DNA of 63,943 bases, counting the filler, from Piptocephalis cylindrospora (taxonomy: Eukaryota): the NCBI GenBank assembly GCA_003614145.1. It is 20 parts of 20 records of this genome, joined end to end, with 100 filler letters (N's around TTAATTAATTAA, not from the genome) between each part and the next. Parts side by side here need not be neighbours in the genome. Positions count along the whole stretch, not along the records: positions 1 to 3,171 come from KZ988736.1; positions 3,272 to 6,441 come from KZ988737.1; positions 6,542 to 9,710 come from KZ988738.1; positions 9,811 to 12,965 come from KZ988739.1; 16 more parts are not named here. The stretch is one strand, 5' to 3'. Below, piece by piece: positions 1-12,522 of this stretch. Every line of letters begins with the position of its first letter. Position 1 is the stretch's first letter. The translations under genes were made by a program, and so were the position numbers. The notes beneath the pieces were generated by a model. It searched no databases. It was not told the origin of the DNA and worked only from the letters and a program-made list of their open reading frames with translations.

Positions 1-1628
1 CTTATTTGCCCACCCTGCATCCACAAACGGCCTAGGTTAGGGTTCGGCTACTCCACTGGGAGGAGTTTATGGCAGGGGATTTGAAGGATGATTGGTCAGC
101 ATGGCCGGGTGAGAAAGATCTTTCCCCTTGCTGGCAAAAACCGACGGCGGGGCACGGCATGATCCAGCTTGAAAAATGGAATGATTGCTGACTAATTGGT
201 GAATTTGTGCAGGTTTTTGGGTGCAGCGTCCGCCTTGTGCAGTTCCTGTCTGTCTTTGCCGCGATATCGTGTGGCCTCCCGTCCGCCACACGGCTGGCTG
301 ACAAAGGGGGATCATGCGTGCTGGGGGCAAAGCATGAGACAGATGGGATGGGGATGGCGTGAGAAGCACGCCATTCCAGGCTGCCATGATGGTGTTTACT
401 GTTGTTATTATTGTTGTTATTGTTGTTAAAGTATTAGATGAGGATGGAAACTTTTCCCCTCGATTACAAATAAATCCGAGACTGGAGGATTTGGATTGAG
501 ACACAAAGACGGATAATTGCAACGTTTATCAGGGCTGTGGGGGTGGACTTCCCATGTCATCCCAGAAAGGGCACAATGATGTCCGGATCCGGGAGCCAGA
601 GAGGCAGAAGCACATAGGGGGTAAGGTGAGTGGGGTGAGCATTGGAGGCAGACGGAGCGAGGAGATTTTCCTTTTTCTTCCCTCTCTTGGGCCTTTCTCT
701 TGTCTCCAACCCTTTTTTCCATTCCTCTTGTACCGTGCTGCAGTCGCTAATACTGCTGCCCTCCCCCTCTCTCCATCAAAACAATCCCAACAAGGGCTAT
801 CTAGTATTTTTTGCTATTACTCTTGCCCTTGTCATTATTATTGTTACTGCTAGGGAGGGAAGACGCCTTTGGGTGTGACTTGATACTGGTATTATTAAGG
901 CTCAGCCTGTCACTTTCAATCTCTAAGATCACTGATAAAAAGATTTGTTCACAAAGAAAAGTGTTGATGGGATCATTTATCAGCGGGATAGAACAATTCG
1001 TGATCAGTCCTCGTGCACCAACGGGAGATCTCGCTGTCTGAAGAGGGTGGAGACATTCCCTGATCTGATTGACAGGGGATAGAGGGTGGCAGTAGCGGTA
1101 GTACCATGGTGCTTAAATGCACCTCTTGGAAACGTGGTGTTTTTGGTCAATTTTTAAAGATATTTTACATGAATTTAAGAATGTGTAGAGAGAGAGAGAG
1201 AGGAGGCAATGTATTGGCCAAAAATTGGTTATCCATCACCGAAACTGGTACACAAAAAAACCCACAAAAAATGACACTCCCTATATATCAGGTCAGGCCC
1301 AAGTCGGACCTAGGTCCAGACTCGTAGCCCAACTGATCATCCGCGCCCACCGTGACCTGCACCGAAGTTCACTTCCACATATGCGCGCTGTCCTGGCTTT
1401 GGCCTCCAGGCATTCAAGAGTGTGTAGAAGAGTGTGGGCCCGTGTAGTTCTTTTGGGCGCATTTTCCCATACGGACAATACATTTTTCAACGACGAATTT
1501 TAGAGCCGACCCCATCTACTGGAAGGGTAGGAATCCTGGAGATAATCGAGGGGAAGAAAGGCAGTTCACTGAAATGTCAACCATCAAAACATACCTTCCT
1601 CCCGCATCCCTTCCTCTTGTTTAGTGCC

Positions 1629-2686
1629 ATGATCAAAGTCATTGAGGCCGTCAAGGCCGACACCCATCCAGCCCATGCGCTTCTCCTCTCCTTGCAGGAG
1701 ATCCGGGAGCTGGGGAAGTACATCTCGTCCTTTGATGGTGAGGACGTGGTGGATGTTCAGGCCCTTCACCTTCAGACCGCCACCCTCTTTTCCCTGGCAC
1801 GAAGGCATCTACGAGAGGTAGGTACGCATCATGTAGAAGGGAAGAGGAGGATGGATGAGACACGGGTCCAGCTGGATGCTCAAAGGACCCGCTGGAGGAA
1901 CTTGGAGTATGAACGAGCTGATCTCTTGGAGGAAATCCGAAAGAATGATGCGTTTGAGTAAGTGGATATAGGAGGAGAGCGTGAATTGATGGGAAGGGAG
2001 GGGCTGCTCACCAACCACACTTTCTCTTGGTAGGAGCGTAGAGGATCAAGTGAACCTGGCTTCAGAGGACCACTTTTGGTCCCAGTACAAAGCCGAGTTG
2101 GATGACGAGGGCAAAGGAGGGGCGGAGGACACGATGAATGGTCATCAGCTGGCTCTTTGTCGATTAGAATTTGAGCTAAAAGAACGATTAAGGTACGTAA
2201 GGGGGAGATTTAAACTGCGAGTGGGAGACGGGTCAATATTGACATTCCCACATCAACTACCCTCTGTCTCTCCTCGCGACAACGTATCCTCCAATCTTAC
2301 TAGTCTCAAAAAGGAACTAGAAGGACTCCGGCAAGAGTATTCGAGGATGGCTGCAGAGTCTAGAAAGAAGCAAGTTGCCCTAGATGCTCTGGATACTCGT
2401 GTCCTGGCTTACTTCCAGGTAAATACTCCTTTTCTTGGGTGAATGGACCGGGAAAAAAAGAAAGAAGAGATGAGGACATCTGCTAACAGCACGCCGCAAT
2501 TATTGATAGAATGCATCTGCAATCCTCGCGGAATTTGGCGTTTTCTTGAATGAGGACGAGGATACGGCGATGAAAGATGCTACAGATGGCACTCCCACCC
2601 TCATCTCCGTCCCCACCGATGATCCCGAGGAGCATGGAGATGAGGGGAGGAGAGGAAGACGTGAGGATCAGGAGGACAGTGGGTAG
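1629..2686 (+). CDS. THOC5: THO complex subunit 5 (FMIP/Thoc5)-like protein, 4 exons
   Basis: Exons 1629-1957, 2034-2192, 2304-2418 and 2510-2686 join in frame across GT-AG introns. The motifs NLEYERADLLEEIRK and HQLALCRLEFELKERL match the Thoc5 N-terminal region. Confidence 0.8.
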
Positions 2687-3171
2687 GATACCGTAGGATC
2701 ATTTCTCTCACTCATCATTCCATCTATCATACATCTCCTACCACCTGTCCAACATCTTCATCGTCTGCATTTCATGTCATTGTTGTATAGGAATCATTGA
2801 CTCTATCTCCATACTTTAGGGCCTTGATTACAGCCATCTTCTACCTGCCGCTCCTCGAGCACTGATTTGGATATTTGGCCTTTCATAGCAGCAAGGGCAG
2901 ATGTGGGCGGACTCGGAGCCAGCGAGCTCCGTCCTTTCTGACTCCGAAATCTTTGGCGCATGCACTCTTTCACTCTTACCCTTCCTAGGCTTATATAGGT
3001 GGGGAGGACAGATGAATGACGGGCAGTCGGTATGTGGGCGCTGCTGCTATGCTGTTTCCAGTATTATGCCCTAGCGTCTATGACATGCAGGGCACCCCCC
3101 TCCCCACGGACACTTATGGCAGTCAGTGTCCCACGTCGCCTCCCCTTCTTCCTTCCTCTCCCCTGTTCCTC

Positions 3172-3271
3172 NNNNNNNNNNNNNNNNNNNNNNNNNNNNN
3201 NNNNNNNNNNNNNNNTTAATTAATTAANNNNNNNNNNNNNNNNNNNNNNNNNNNNNNNNNNNNNNNNNNNN
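3172..3271. other. Artificial contig spacer (N44-TTAATTAATTAA-N44); first of 19
   Basis: The same 100-nt spacer also starts at 6442, 9711, 12966, 16219, 19471, 22711, 25945, 29176, 32401, 35624, 38845, 42066, 45282, 48483, 51680, 54873, 58061 and 61248. Segment lengths step down from 3170 to 3087 bp, so the contigs are size-sorted and unlinked. Confidence 0.98.
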
Positions 3272-3921
3272 ATCCAGCATGGGGTGCCGACAAAGGTCCG
3301 ACGTCTCCCGTGCCGCTCTCCCGTCTCATTGAGGGAGGAGGAGACGCCAAAGTCGGCGAGCATGACGGTGCCTTGCTCGTCGACGAGAAGATTCCCGGCC
3401 TTGACATCCCGATGGATGTGGCCATGTCGATGGAGATACTCCAGGCCCTGGAGGGTCTGACGACCGATGATACCGATGACAGCCTCCTCGAGACCTTGGG
3501 GGAAGGCGTGCTTCATGATGTCGAGGCAGGAGCCCCCAGAGACGTAGGGGGTGACGAGATAGAGGTGAGAGTCGTGGACAAAGGAGGCGGAGACGCGAAG
3601 GAGATTGGGGTGTCGGGACAGGGACATGACCTGGGTCTCCCGACGCAGCTCGTCAATCTGATGCCTCTCAAAGGCATCCAGCTCAATAACCTTTACTGCC
3701 ACCACCTTGCCTGATGGGCGGTACCGGGCGCCGTACACGACGGCAGAGGCGCCGAATCCGATGGGATCGCCTACTTCGTAATCCTCATAATGGGAGGAAC
3801 AGACCAGTTGCTGACCGTCCTCTGAGCCAGCAAAGGACGTGATGGTTGGGGATCTTAGGGAGGGGGCCGACGTTGAGGAAGTCGAGTCCACGGGGAGTGG
3901 GGTGGGCATGAGGGGAGGCAT
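3272..3921 (-). CDS. STE20-family Ser/Thr kinase, SPAK/OSR1 (Fray)-like; 3' end cut by contig edge
   Basis: Motifs GFGASAVV, VAVK, GGSCLDIMK, HRDVKAGN, LADFG and TFVGTPCW. Confidence 0.9.
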
Positions 3922-4295
3922 GGTGTCGGGAGAGGACAAGCAGATAGCCGGTGATGATTACACGCCACAGGATGACCACAGGAAGGGTGCTGTGGTGAGG
4001 GGGGGAGTGAAAAAGGGAGAGCCCAATGGGGGAGGGGAAAAGCAGCGCAAGGACAAGGAGGCCCCAGACTGGGTGGTGTGAATGAAAGGGGGAGGGGAGG
4101 ACGAAGAGTCCAGTGAGGAGGACCTACGATGAACGTTGGGGCTTCAAAGAAATGGAGAAGACGAAGGGAGAGGAGTGAGGAGAGGACAAGGCCAGACGAG
4201 CTGGGACGGGCTGGTACGAGGCCAGGCGAGCTGGGTGAGGTTTTCAGCGATGTGGGCTTGAATGGGAGGATAGAGAGAGAGGGGGGATGATAAGT

Positions 4296-4355
4296 TGAGT
4301 GAGTGTGAGTGAGTGAGTGAGTGAGTGAGTGAGTGAGTGAGTGAGTGAGTGGGTG
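4296..4355. repeat. (GAGT)n microsatellite
   Basis: Direct reading. Similar (GAGT/ACTC)n tracts lie at about 15930-15962 and 28551-28590. Confidence 0.9.
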
Positions 4356-5837
4356 AGAGGAATGATGGGGACGATGGGTCCCTTGGTCACTCCTTAATAG
4401 AGGGAGGAGGGTTCAGATGAGGTTTGGTCTTGTAGGTGGGGCCAGCTAGGCAGGGGAGAAAGTAAAAGCAAGACACACACACGTAGTAGAGTTGCAGTGG
4501 ATGTGTGGACAGACGAATGATGAGATGGGGACAAGTGCCTTGTTAGGGCAGGCACGAGGGAGGAAGAGAAGAGGGGAAAATGTGAGAGAGAGGTGTCTTG
4601 ACAGACAGTGTGTGTAGAAAGGATGGAGGAGAGAATTGGCCTAATCGTACAGCGGGGGGCAAGGAAAAAGGGATCAGTAAACAGGGAGCGAGGATTGAAC
4701 CCGTGGCTTGCTATTCAGGCGAGAAACAAGATGTGTGTGAGCCGCGGTAGAGTGGAGAGGGGGTAAAGGAAGCAAGGCAGATGGACACGGGGAGACAAGC
4801 ATGAGCTGGTGTTTATAAAGGCGGGTCGATTGGATGGGCTGGGTTTTGAGACGAGAGAGGAGACGTGGCGGCTGAGAACAGCATGCCTGGGATACCCTCA
4901 TGTCCTCTCCGCACCACCACGGCCATTAGGAGTGGGAGAGACGAGAGGAGGGAGGAGGAGAGGAGTATAGGAGGAGGCCCATCTCCACCTCAAAGATGGG
5001 AGGAAAGAAGGCTGGACATGGTGAGTGCTGCAGGGAGGGTAGGACAGGTGTCCTTCCTCTATGAGGCGGGAGGAGGGGTCATGACGACCCATTCTAAAGG
5101 AAGCATACATGGAGGAACCAACCATCGAGGAGACAAGATGAACCCACACTTTCACAAATGAAGGTCAATGTATAGGACAAGCACCCCATCTCCCATCCAC
5201 CCAGTCTCCCTGATCCATAGAGCAACGGGGGATCATGCTGCTATGGGAAGTGGCGACGTGGCCGGCCTGAATGAGGAAGGATGTGCGTGGGAGAGAGGGG
5301 AAGACAGTGGGGCTGAATGATCCTTCCCCGTCCCACCATCATTAGGCCATTGGTGGTGGGACCCCATGTAGTGAGGGAGATATCCGGTCCAGTCAGGGAC
5401 CATATCGTGTAGGGCTGTAGGGCTATTCCTCTAGGAAAGGCGAGGATCTCTTGGCCATGTATCTCATAGAAAAAGGACCTGGTTGTCTCCGGTCAAAACT
5501 CATCCTTCAGCATCTGCAGCACATCTTGTGATCATGGGCCCGGGCCAAGAGGGGATATCGTCACTGGGGATGAGGCTTATCTTGATGGGTGCGAGACTGA
5601 GGTGGATCTAGCTTTGATGGATGGGAGGTGGATCTAGCCTTGGATGAGAGATGGATCTAGCCTTGGATGTAAGGCTGAGGAAGAGGATGGTCCGGTCTGT
5701 CTTAATGGATGCGCATACATCCCAGACACATGCAAAACAAACGACCTCTCTTCATCCAGCATCACCCCATCCTCTCCTCCTCTGACAAGGCAGCGCCGTA
5801 GAGTGTGCCCGGACCCTAGACAGACTAAAAGGAAGAA

Positions 5838-6441
5838 ATGGCCCTTGAAGGGATAATGGGTCATGATGATGATTTCAAGAGACAAGTAGGGGACTTGGCC
5901 TCCCGCACCCTAGAGACATACCATCATGGACCATCCTCTGGGATGCTGTGGGTCCACACCAGGAAAAAAAGAAAAGCACATCCCATCATCACCTTGCACT
6001 TGTCACAGGCAAAAGAAGGTATGCACCTCCTGGTCTCCATCATCCCTACCGATATGCCTACCCCACCACCTCCTCCCCAGAGCAGAGCGCTTGTACCATG
6101 GAAGTATCAGAACCCCTTTGCCAACACCCGCCACTCCACCGAGGTGACCTTGCTCCTTCACGGCCAGTCCCGTAAGTCGTCATGGGCATCTGTCCTTGGG
6201 TCAGCGACTCGACTCATCCTCTCTATCCCATAGTGCAAGTAGGGCAAGACCAGGAGGCCCAAGTGACTCTACACCAAAATACTGGACAGCGCCTATGGGA
6301 CGGGGTAAGCACGGGAGGGAAGGCTCTTCCTCCTCCTTCTCCTCCTGATACTGATTGGAGCAATCTGCCTTAGGCATACATCCAAGCTAAATACATTGAA
6401 TCATGTGCGGCTATGTCGAACGAAAGGCTACCTCAACTTGG
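5838..6441 (+). CDS. Putative class I protein methyltransferase (METTL21/Methyltransf_16-like), partial
   Basis: The spliced frame (introns about 6172-6233 and 6305-6373) reads VTLHQNTGQRLWDG/AYIQAKYIE, resembling the G-x-x-LWD-A/G motif. The SAM-binding motif lies beyond the contig end and the start is uncertain. Confidence 0.4.
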
Positions 6442-9400
6442 NNNNNNNNNNNNNNNNNNNNNNNNNNNNNNNNNNNNNNNNNNNNTTAATTAATTAANNN
6501 NNNNNNNNNNNNNNNNNNNNNNNNNNNNNNNNNNNNNNNNNCAGACTTCTACTCAGTGTCATTTCCTGCACATTTGATCATCACTACACGACAATACACT
6601 CCCCTTCAGCCGCACTGATTGATGTTACTTTTACGGTGGCTACGTTCAGCAGATAGGAAAGGAACCTCACACCATTGAATGTAGCAAGCCTGTACTTTTG
6701 GCGCCTACCGCTGGTTGATAGACTACTACACTTCTGACCACTGCCGAAGGATACGATGGAGTGATACTGACCTAAAATGTAACAAAGACAATATAAATCC
6801 ATTACCGCCTCTCTAAATCCGAAAGAGTCACCATGGAACACTTTACCAGGGTAACGCAAACTTAATCACTCATCTTCCTTTCTGTATAACAGCCACTGCA
6901 TAAAGAGGATGGGAAGATTCAGATATAATGGTTAATGGTTAGGTGGAGAACTTATTCTATAGATCTGCATATCTCCTGTACGAAAAGAACGGGTAACCAT
7001 CCAATATCGGAAAGAGCATTATATCGTATGCATGGTTTGCTCAGATGTGAGAAAAAAATGTAAGGCGTCTCATGAACACGATGTGAGCGAACGTGTGAAG
7101 TAGATGGATGTCAAGGGTGGATGTAAGCATGGATGCAAATGTGAAGCGTCAATGCGGATGGCGATGAAAGGATGTGTATGTCCTCGCCCTCTCCCCTCCC
7201 ATGAGAAAGGAGGGATGGAAGCTCATCCCCTCACCCCTCCTCTCTTCACTATGGGTACATGCATAGGCCAACGCTACTGCAAGGATAGAGGGGTGAGGAA
7301 GACACGCAAGGGCTGTGTTCGTGTCACATGCATGTAAAGTCAGTCAGACACGCAGAAGGCGTGATCAGACACGAAGGATCGGAAAGGGATGTGAGAGGGA
7401 AAGGATGGCAAGGAATACATTTCAAGACACGGCCTGCAAATGAAGAGGAAAAAAAGAGGAAAAGGGGAAAGTGAAAGTGAAAAAGGAAGAGAGGAAGAAA
7501 AGAAGAAAATCAAAAGGAATAGCCAAAGGAGAGAGGGAGGGAGGGAGGGAGGGAGAGGGAGAGGTGGGCATGCACGGGAGGGGATGAAGAGTGTATCAGG
7601 AAAAAGAAAAAAAGGACATCTACGGTTGTATGGGAACTCGGAAGAAAGGAAGGAAAGGAGGAAGGAAGAAAGGAAGGAAGGGACTAGAGGGTTGATGGAC
7701 AAGGATCAAGCCAGGTATGGAATGGATAGAGGGATGTGCATTTGGGAATCTTGAGGGCCTTTTAGCAGGGCTCTCATGACCGTTTCATAGATAAAAGAAA
7801 ATGCATTGGGCTTCAGTTACCTTTAGGGTGTTTGAAGAAGAAATGCAATGCTTTGCCCCATAAGCCGTAAATTGCACCAGAGTTCTAACAGCCAACCAAG
7901 TATCTTTGAATAAGGCTAGAAGCCAGACGATTGCCCTCGCGATGTGTCTTGTTAACTGTACTCGTCAGCGAGGCACATCTCTTATCAACGGCTGGCTATC
8001 CAGGGTCCTAGTCATCTTTCTCAAAGGACATACGAGGAAGGTGATGGGGTGGGAGGAGATGAGTCTGGCCAAGACGCCCTTTGCTTTGAAAACCCGTTTA
8101 TTTTTTGGCCTTCATACCAACTATGTTGCTCTGTAAGGCTTACCCTGAAAAATTTCGCCTGTTGGTGTGGGCAGATAGGCCCGAACACGCGCCTGGCTTG
8201 GATCCTCTCGGATACCTGAGTGTGGTTTTTGAGTGTTTTTCTTTACTTTTTACCATTTTACGGTGATGTGTGGTTATTTTTGACAATACATTACTCCTTT
8301 CAGATAGGCCCGAACACTACCCTGCACACACAAGCAGGGGTGGTTAAACACCCAATGGGATTCAGTAGGTGAATTCCATGAACGAAATTTGATTAAATTT
8401 TGATGTTTATCGCTAAAGTGGTGCATGGGCAGATCGATGTGCCTTGGCTCAGCGCATCCAAAAAAGCCACCACATCCATCTAGATCATTTACCGATAAAT
8501 AACCTAGCGCTCCTATGGTATCTCTTGTAGTGTGGGGTGAGGGGCTCTCATCATCGTGCATCCTGGCCCTCCGCGTCTGTGCTGGTTATTCCCACCGCGA
8601 GATTTCATCAGCCTCTCTCCCCCCTCCTCTTCGCCTCCTCATCGTCCATGAGGAAGGTGCCCCATCGAGCAAGATTTTCATCTCCTGTCTTGCAGGGAAA
8701 GGTAAACTACTTACCTTACATTGCCATCCTTCCCTATTCATCCCCAGAGGCCACTAGAATGATGCTATCCTAGTCACTTTACGTCAACGCTGCTCATGAA
8801 TCATGCAGCCGAAATGCATATTATTCAAAGTAGGAAACTGACGTGGATATAGTACTGATTCAGCGAATCACTCGGAGAATTCACGCTTGAATCTGCCTGG
8901 AGGATGCGGCCTTTTTACCAAGGACTTGCATTGATGTGCAGGTCATCCGTACTTTGTCCCAAGGTTTGCCTACAGAGGTGAGATCTCTTGTGAATGTTGC
9001 ATAGAGCGCTAATGGAGGCAAGTGAGGACTCCACAGGGCAACTTTTCTCATTCCTTTGAAGGCGGTTGGTTCGATATGCTCCACGCACCCTGCTCTATCC
9101 CAAGACCTGTGGATCGTCTTTACATCAGAAAGGAAGGAAGGGCTTTGCTCTACCCCTCCAGGTCCATCCATATGCCCTGCACAATGAAAATGTCGACCCT
9201 CTCCTCATCTTTTGCAATGCGAGTACCTGCACCTGGTGGGAGAAAAAAAGGCCGATAGGCAAATTCACTCACGTATCCAGCGGGGGTACATTCGTCAGGC
9301 ACTGATACGCTCAGCTCCTCTTTATCCCGGGGAGCCCTGCTCTTGGACCTTTCCTTCACAGAAGATGTAAGGGGATGCAAGGTCCTTGGGCCTACTGCAC

Positions 9401-9927
9401 GAATTAACCCACTGTCAGCATGAGCTGAACCTTACTGACCTCTCGTCCCACAACAGGGATCCTTATTGACCATCCTTATCCTACTGGGCCACCCTCCGCT
9501 TCATGGATCCACATCCCCGTGCGATCAGCATCGCCCCAGACGCCTTTCCCTTACACTACGCATGTACCCTTGGTCAATGGCTTCAAGGAAGGCCTTTCTT
9601 TCGCCTGCATGCTACCCCAATGGCTTTAAGTCCTGAGTGTCTGTGCGTCCCTCGAGGTCTCCTCTATACCCTCGGGGGTCTGTGTTCCTCGGAGCCTCTT
9701 GAACGCCCCTNNNNNNNNNNNNNNNNNNNNNNNNNNNNNNNNNNNNNNNNNNNNTTAATTAATTAANNNNNNNNNNNNNNNNNNNNNNNNNNNNNNNNNN
9801 NNNNNNNNNNAAAAGAATGAGGGTGGATTTCACGAATCTATTATGGCCAGAGATTCCTGAAAACTGCTCAATCACCAGGTATTGGAAAAGGGAGAAGACG
9901 CATGATTCACTGGGAGACGAAATATCA

Positions 9928-10347
9928 TCAATCTTTGTTACGGTCAAGTTTGCCGACGCAGGTCCCAAGGTTATCCTTAGATACAAGACCGAAAAGTTCC
10001 TCCCAAGAGGTTACGGTAGTCCCTCCATATAAACTAGGGAGTTTGGCATCGTCATGTCCTTTATAGGCCTTGCACTTGTAACCGGTGTGACATTGAGATT
10101 GATCGACATTACCAATATCGCAGAATTGTTCACCGTCACCATCAACAGTATTACTCCTGGATCGATCATACGCTTGCTCAGATTCAGGGGTCATATGGAT
10201 AGGTATAGCAGATGCGCTGTCCTGATCAGAGCCATCGTCTCCTGCGTCATCGCTCCCAGAGTTCTCGTCCTTGGGAGTGGGAGTAGCAGCAACAGTAAGG
10301 GCCATGGCCAGCATGGCGGAGATGAGTAGGATGGAGGTGAGCTTCAT
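9928..10347 (-). CDS. Small secreted cysteine-rich protein, family member 1 (139 aa)
   Basis: Signal peptide MKLTSILLISAMLAMALTVAA, an acidic linker and a 4-Cys domain (FCDI...QCHTGYKC...GTCVG). Paralogous to 17524, 38263 and 46433. Confidence 0.85.
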   Translation of the reverse strand: MKLTSILLISAMLAMALTVAATPTPKDENSGSDDAGDDGSDQDSASAIPIHMTPESEQAYDRSRSNTVDGDGEQFCDIGNVDQSQCHTGYKCKAYKGHDDAKLPSLYGGTTVTSWEELFGLVSKDNLGTCVGKLDRNKD

Positions 10348-10850
10348 GGTGGAGAAGAGGTGGTGGTGGTGGTGGTGGTGGTGGTGGTGGGGAAGGGGGT
10401 GTCGCTTGACGAGGAAAGTAGAAGGGGGGAGAAGAGACTAAAGCTCTTTGAAGAGGGAAAGACGGTAGAAGGAGGATAGGATTGGGTGGGTTGGAGGGTG
10501 AGCAGGATGGGATGGGAGGAAAGGGGATCAATCTGGCCTTTATTTAAGTCTATTGCGATGGAGGAGTAGGAGACATGGTTGATCTAGGGGAATGCACCAC
10601 TGAATGACAGAGCTAGGCAAGAAATGGTTAGTAAGGCCATCCTGTTCTCACACTCAGGAAGGCAAAGGGACGGAGATGGAGTCCCTGGATTGTCAAGGAT
10701 GCGAATAAAAGGAGACAACCAACCAGAAGAAGGGGATTGGAGAGCATATTCAATCTCCGCCTCTGATTCAATCTCCGATTCAAAAGTCTCTATTGCGTAT
10801 TGGTACACGTCTCTCCTCCTTTCCCTATTGAGAATCCATGGAAAATAGAT
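10348..10850 (-). promoter_or_regulatory. Shared promoter/5' UTR of the secreted Cys-rich family
   Basis: Near-identical to 37775-38262. Contains a TATA-like CTTAAATAAAG and the motif CTCGTCAAGCGACA, both also seen upstream of members 2 and 4 (CTTAAATAGAG in member 4). Confidence 0.7.
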
Positions 10851-10861
10851 TTGAGGGGCAA

Positions 10862-11213
10862 TATTAGAAATGCCCCTCTCTGCTACCACAGGCGTCAGGC
10901 TGTGCTCCCCTCCCCACAGTGCCACCGCCCTACACTCTGCCAACAGACACAGCGACATTTCTCACCTGTCCCTATCTATGGTCCACCCTTATGCTCACAC
11001 ACATGCAAAATGCCAATGCTGTGCTTTGACGTCCATGAGCTTACCTCATTAAAGAGAAATAAAACCGCTCTCATCAAGAAATGATGCACTATGCGCTTGA
11101 CGATATCATTGACATTGTAGGCCGTGTAATTAAAGGCCCAGTCATTTCTCTGAAGTCAGATGGCTCGGAGAACTGGAAACATCTCTTGTCTAAAACCGAA
11201 ATATGACCCGAAA
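10862..11213 (+). mobile_element. Dispersed repeat family C, probable degenerate LTR preceded by a PPT-like GAGGGGCAA
   Basis: Its 5' part recurs at 12887-12965 and 19318-19470, each after GGGGCAA. It ends in TGACCCGAAA, resembling the TGACCCGACA end of family B. Confidence 0.5.
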
Positions 11214-11217
11214 AAAG

Positions 11218-11750
11218 TGTGATGATTGGGGCCCCTAATGATGAGAGGGAAAATTTCAGAGCACTCAAAGGGAGCATGGAAGATGAAGATGAAGAACTGG
11301 AACGAGGGCGAAGCAGTGTACCAAAGGTACATTGAATGTGTGTGCGTATGTGTGATCCAGGATACCCATTCTTTCACTCTGTGAAGGATGGGTGTAAAAG
11401 GATGGATGTATGGGTGCAACCCATACTCTGGATCCGATGGCAGGTTTGCTCATTACATACTGACACTGCCATCCGGATTCTTTTTTTTTCTTGCAGATTC
11501 GACATCTATTTTAAATTAGAACCCATACAGCTTGGGTATGACCCACATGAGATTATTGAGAAGGGAGTAATGGAAAACAGGGGGGGAGATATTGCCTATG
11601 AGGAGCTACTACCATCATCATCACCTTCTAAAACTGCTGCCGCCGTGTGGGCTTCTTGTAAGATGGGCGCCAATAGAGCGTGTCATCTGGATACAGCGAT
11701 TAGTCCCAGTCTTCATTGAGAGCAAGATAATAGTTTCATCGGAAACCGGA
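11218..11750 (+). mobile_element. Solo-LTR-like family A, degenerate copy carrying a family D insert
   Basis: Homologous to 18576-18948 (same orientation) and 12134-12513 (opposite). Termini are decayed (TGTGAT...AACCGGA). About 11497-11690 matches 20835-21050 in reverse. Confidence 0.65.
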
Positions 11751-11755
11751 GAAAA

Positions 11756-12129
11756 TGTCGAGACCTCCTCTCGTTGTGTTCTGTGCACGATGGATATCGT
11801 GGATGTCTGGGGGGATGGATGCTTGTTACTCTCTTGGTCTCTCAATCAGATGTAGAGCCAAGGTCTATTGTTCTCTCCTCTCTCGATGCTCTTACCTGGG
11901 GGGATGGATGCTTATTACTCCCTTGGTCTCTCAATCAGATGTAGAACCAAGGTGCCCATCCCCCCAGGATGGAGAGTGCTCTCCCATCTCTTGCTCCCTC
12001 TTATACTCGTCTCTTCTCATACTGAGGGAGTGATCCAACACACACACACACACGCACACACTTCTCAATCCTCACTTGTGGGCCTCACTATGGGGATTCT
12101 CCTGTCTATAGTAAGCTTGTGACCCGACA
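11756..12129 (+). mobile_element. Solo-LTR-like family B
   Basis: TGTCG...CGACA termini with AAAA on both sides (11752-11755 and 12130-12133). Homologous to 36493-36795. Carries an internal duplication of about 60 bp. Confidence 0.75.
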
Positions 12130-12133
12130 AAAA

Positions 12134-12513
12134 TGTGGTTTCCGCTGAAACTGTTATCTTGATCGCAATAAGGAATGGGACTAATCGCTATTGAACGAAT
12201 GTATCGATACGGATCTGAATCCGGATGGCAGTGTCAGTATGTAATGAGCAAAACTGCCATCGGATCCAGGGTATGGGTTGCACCCGTACATCCATTCTTT
12301 TACACCCATCCTTCACAGAGTGAAAGGATGGGTACCCTGGATCACACATACACACAACACACATACACACACGCACACACATTCTGTCCACACATTCAGT
12401 GTGCCAAAGGCACACTCCTTCGCCCTCATTCTGGTTCTTCATCCTCATCCTCTATACTTCCTCTGAGTACTCTGGGGATGCCCCTCTCATCATTAGGGGC
12501 CTCATCCACTACA
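12134..12513 (-). mobile_element. Solo-LTR-like family A, inverted copy
   Basis: TGTGGT...ACTACA termini with an AAAA duplication on both sides. It is the reverse-complement homologue of 18576-18948. Confidence 0.75.
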
Positions 12514-12522
12514 AAAATTATA

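Noticed and set aside
6542..9710. Genes in contig 3, including a possible decayed paralog of 50054-51328 at about 9150-9710
   Set aside because: Only short, stop-interrupted ORFs with similarity too weak to support by eye.
12217..12267. Hammerhead ribozyme in the LTR-A hairpin
   Set aside because: There is no CUGANGA/GAAA core in the required arrangement on either strand.
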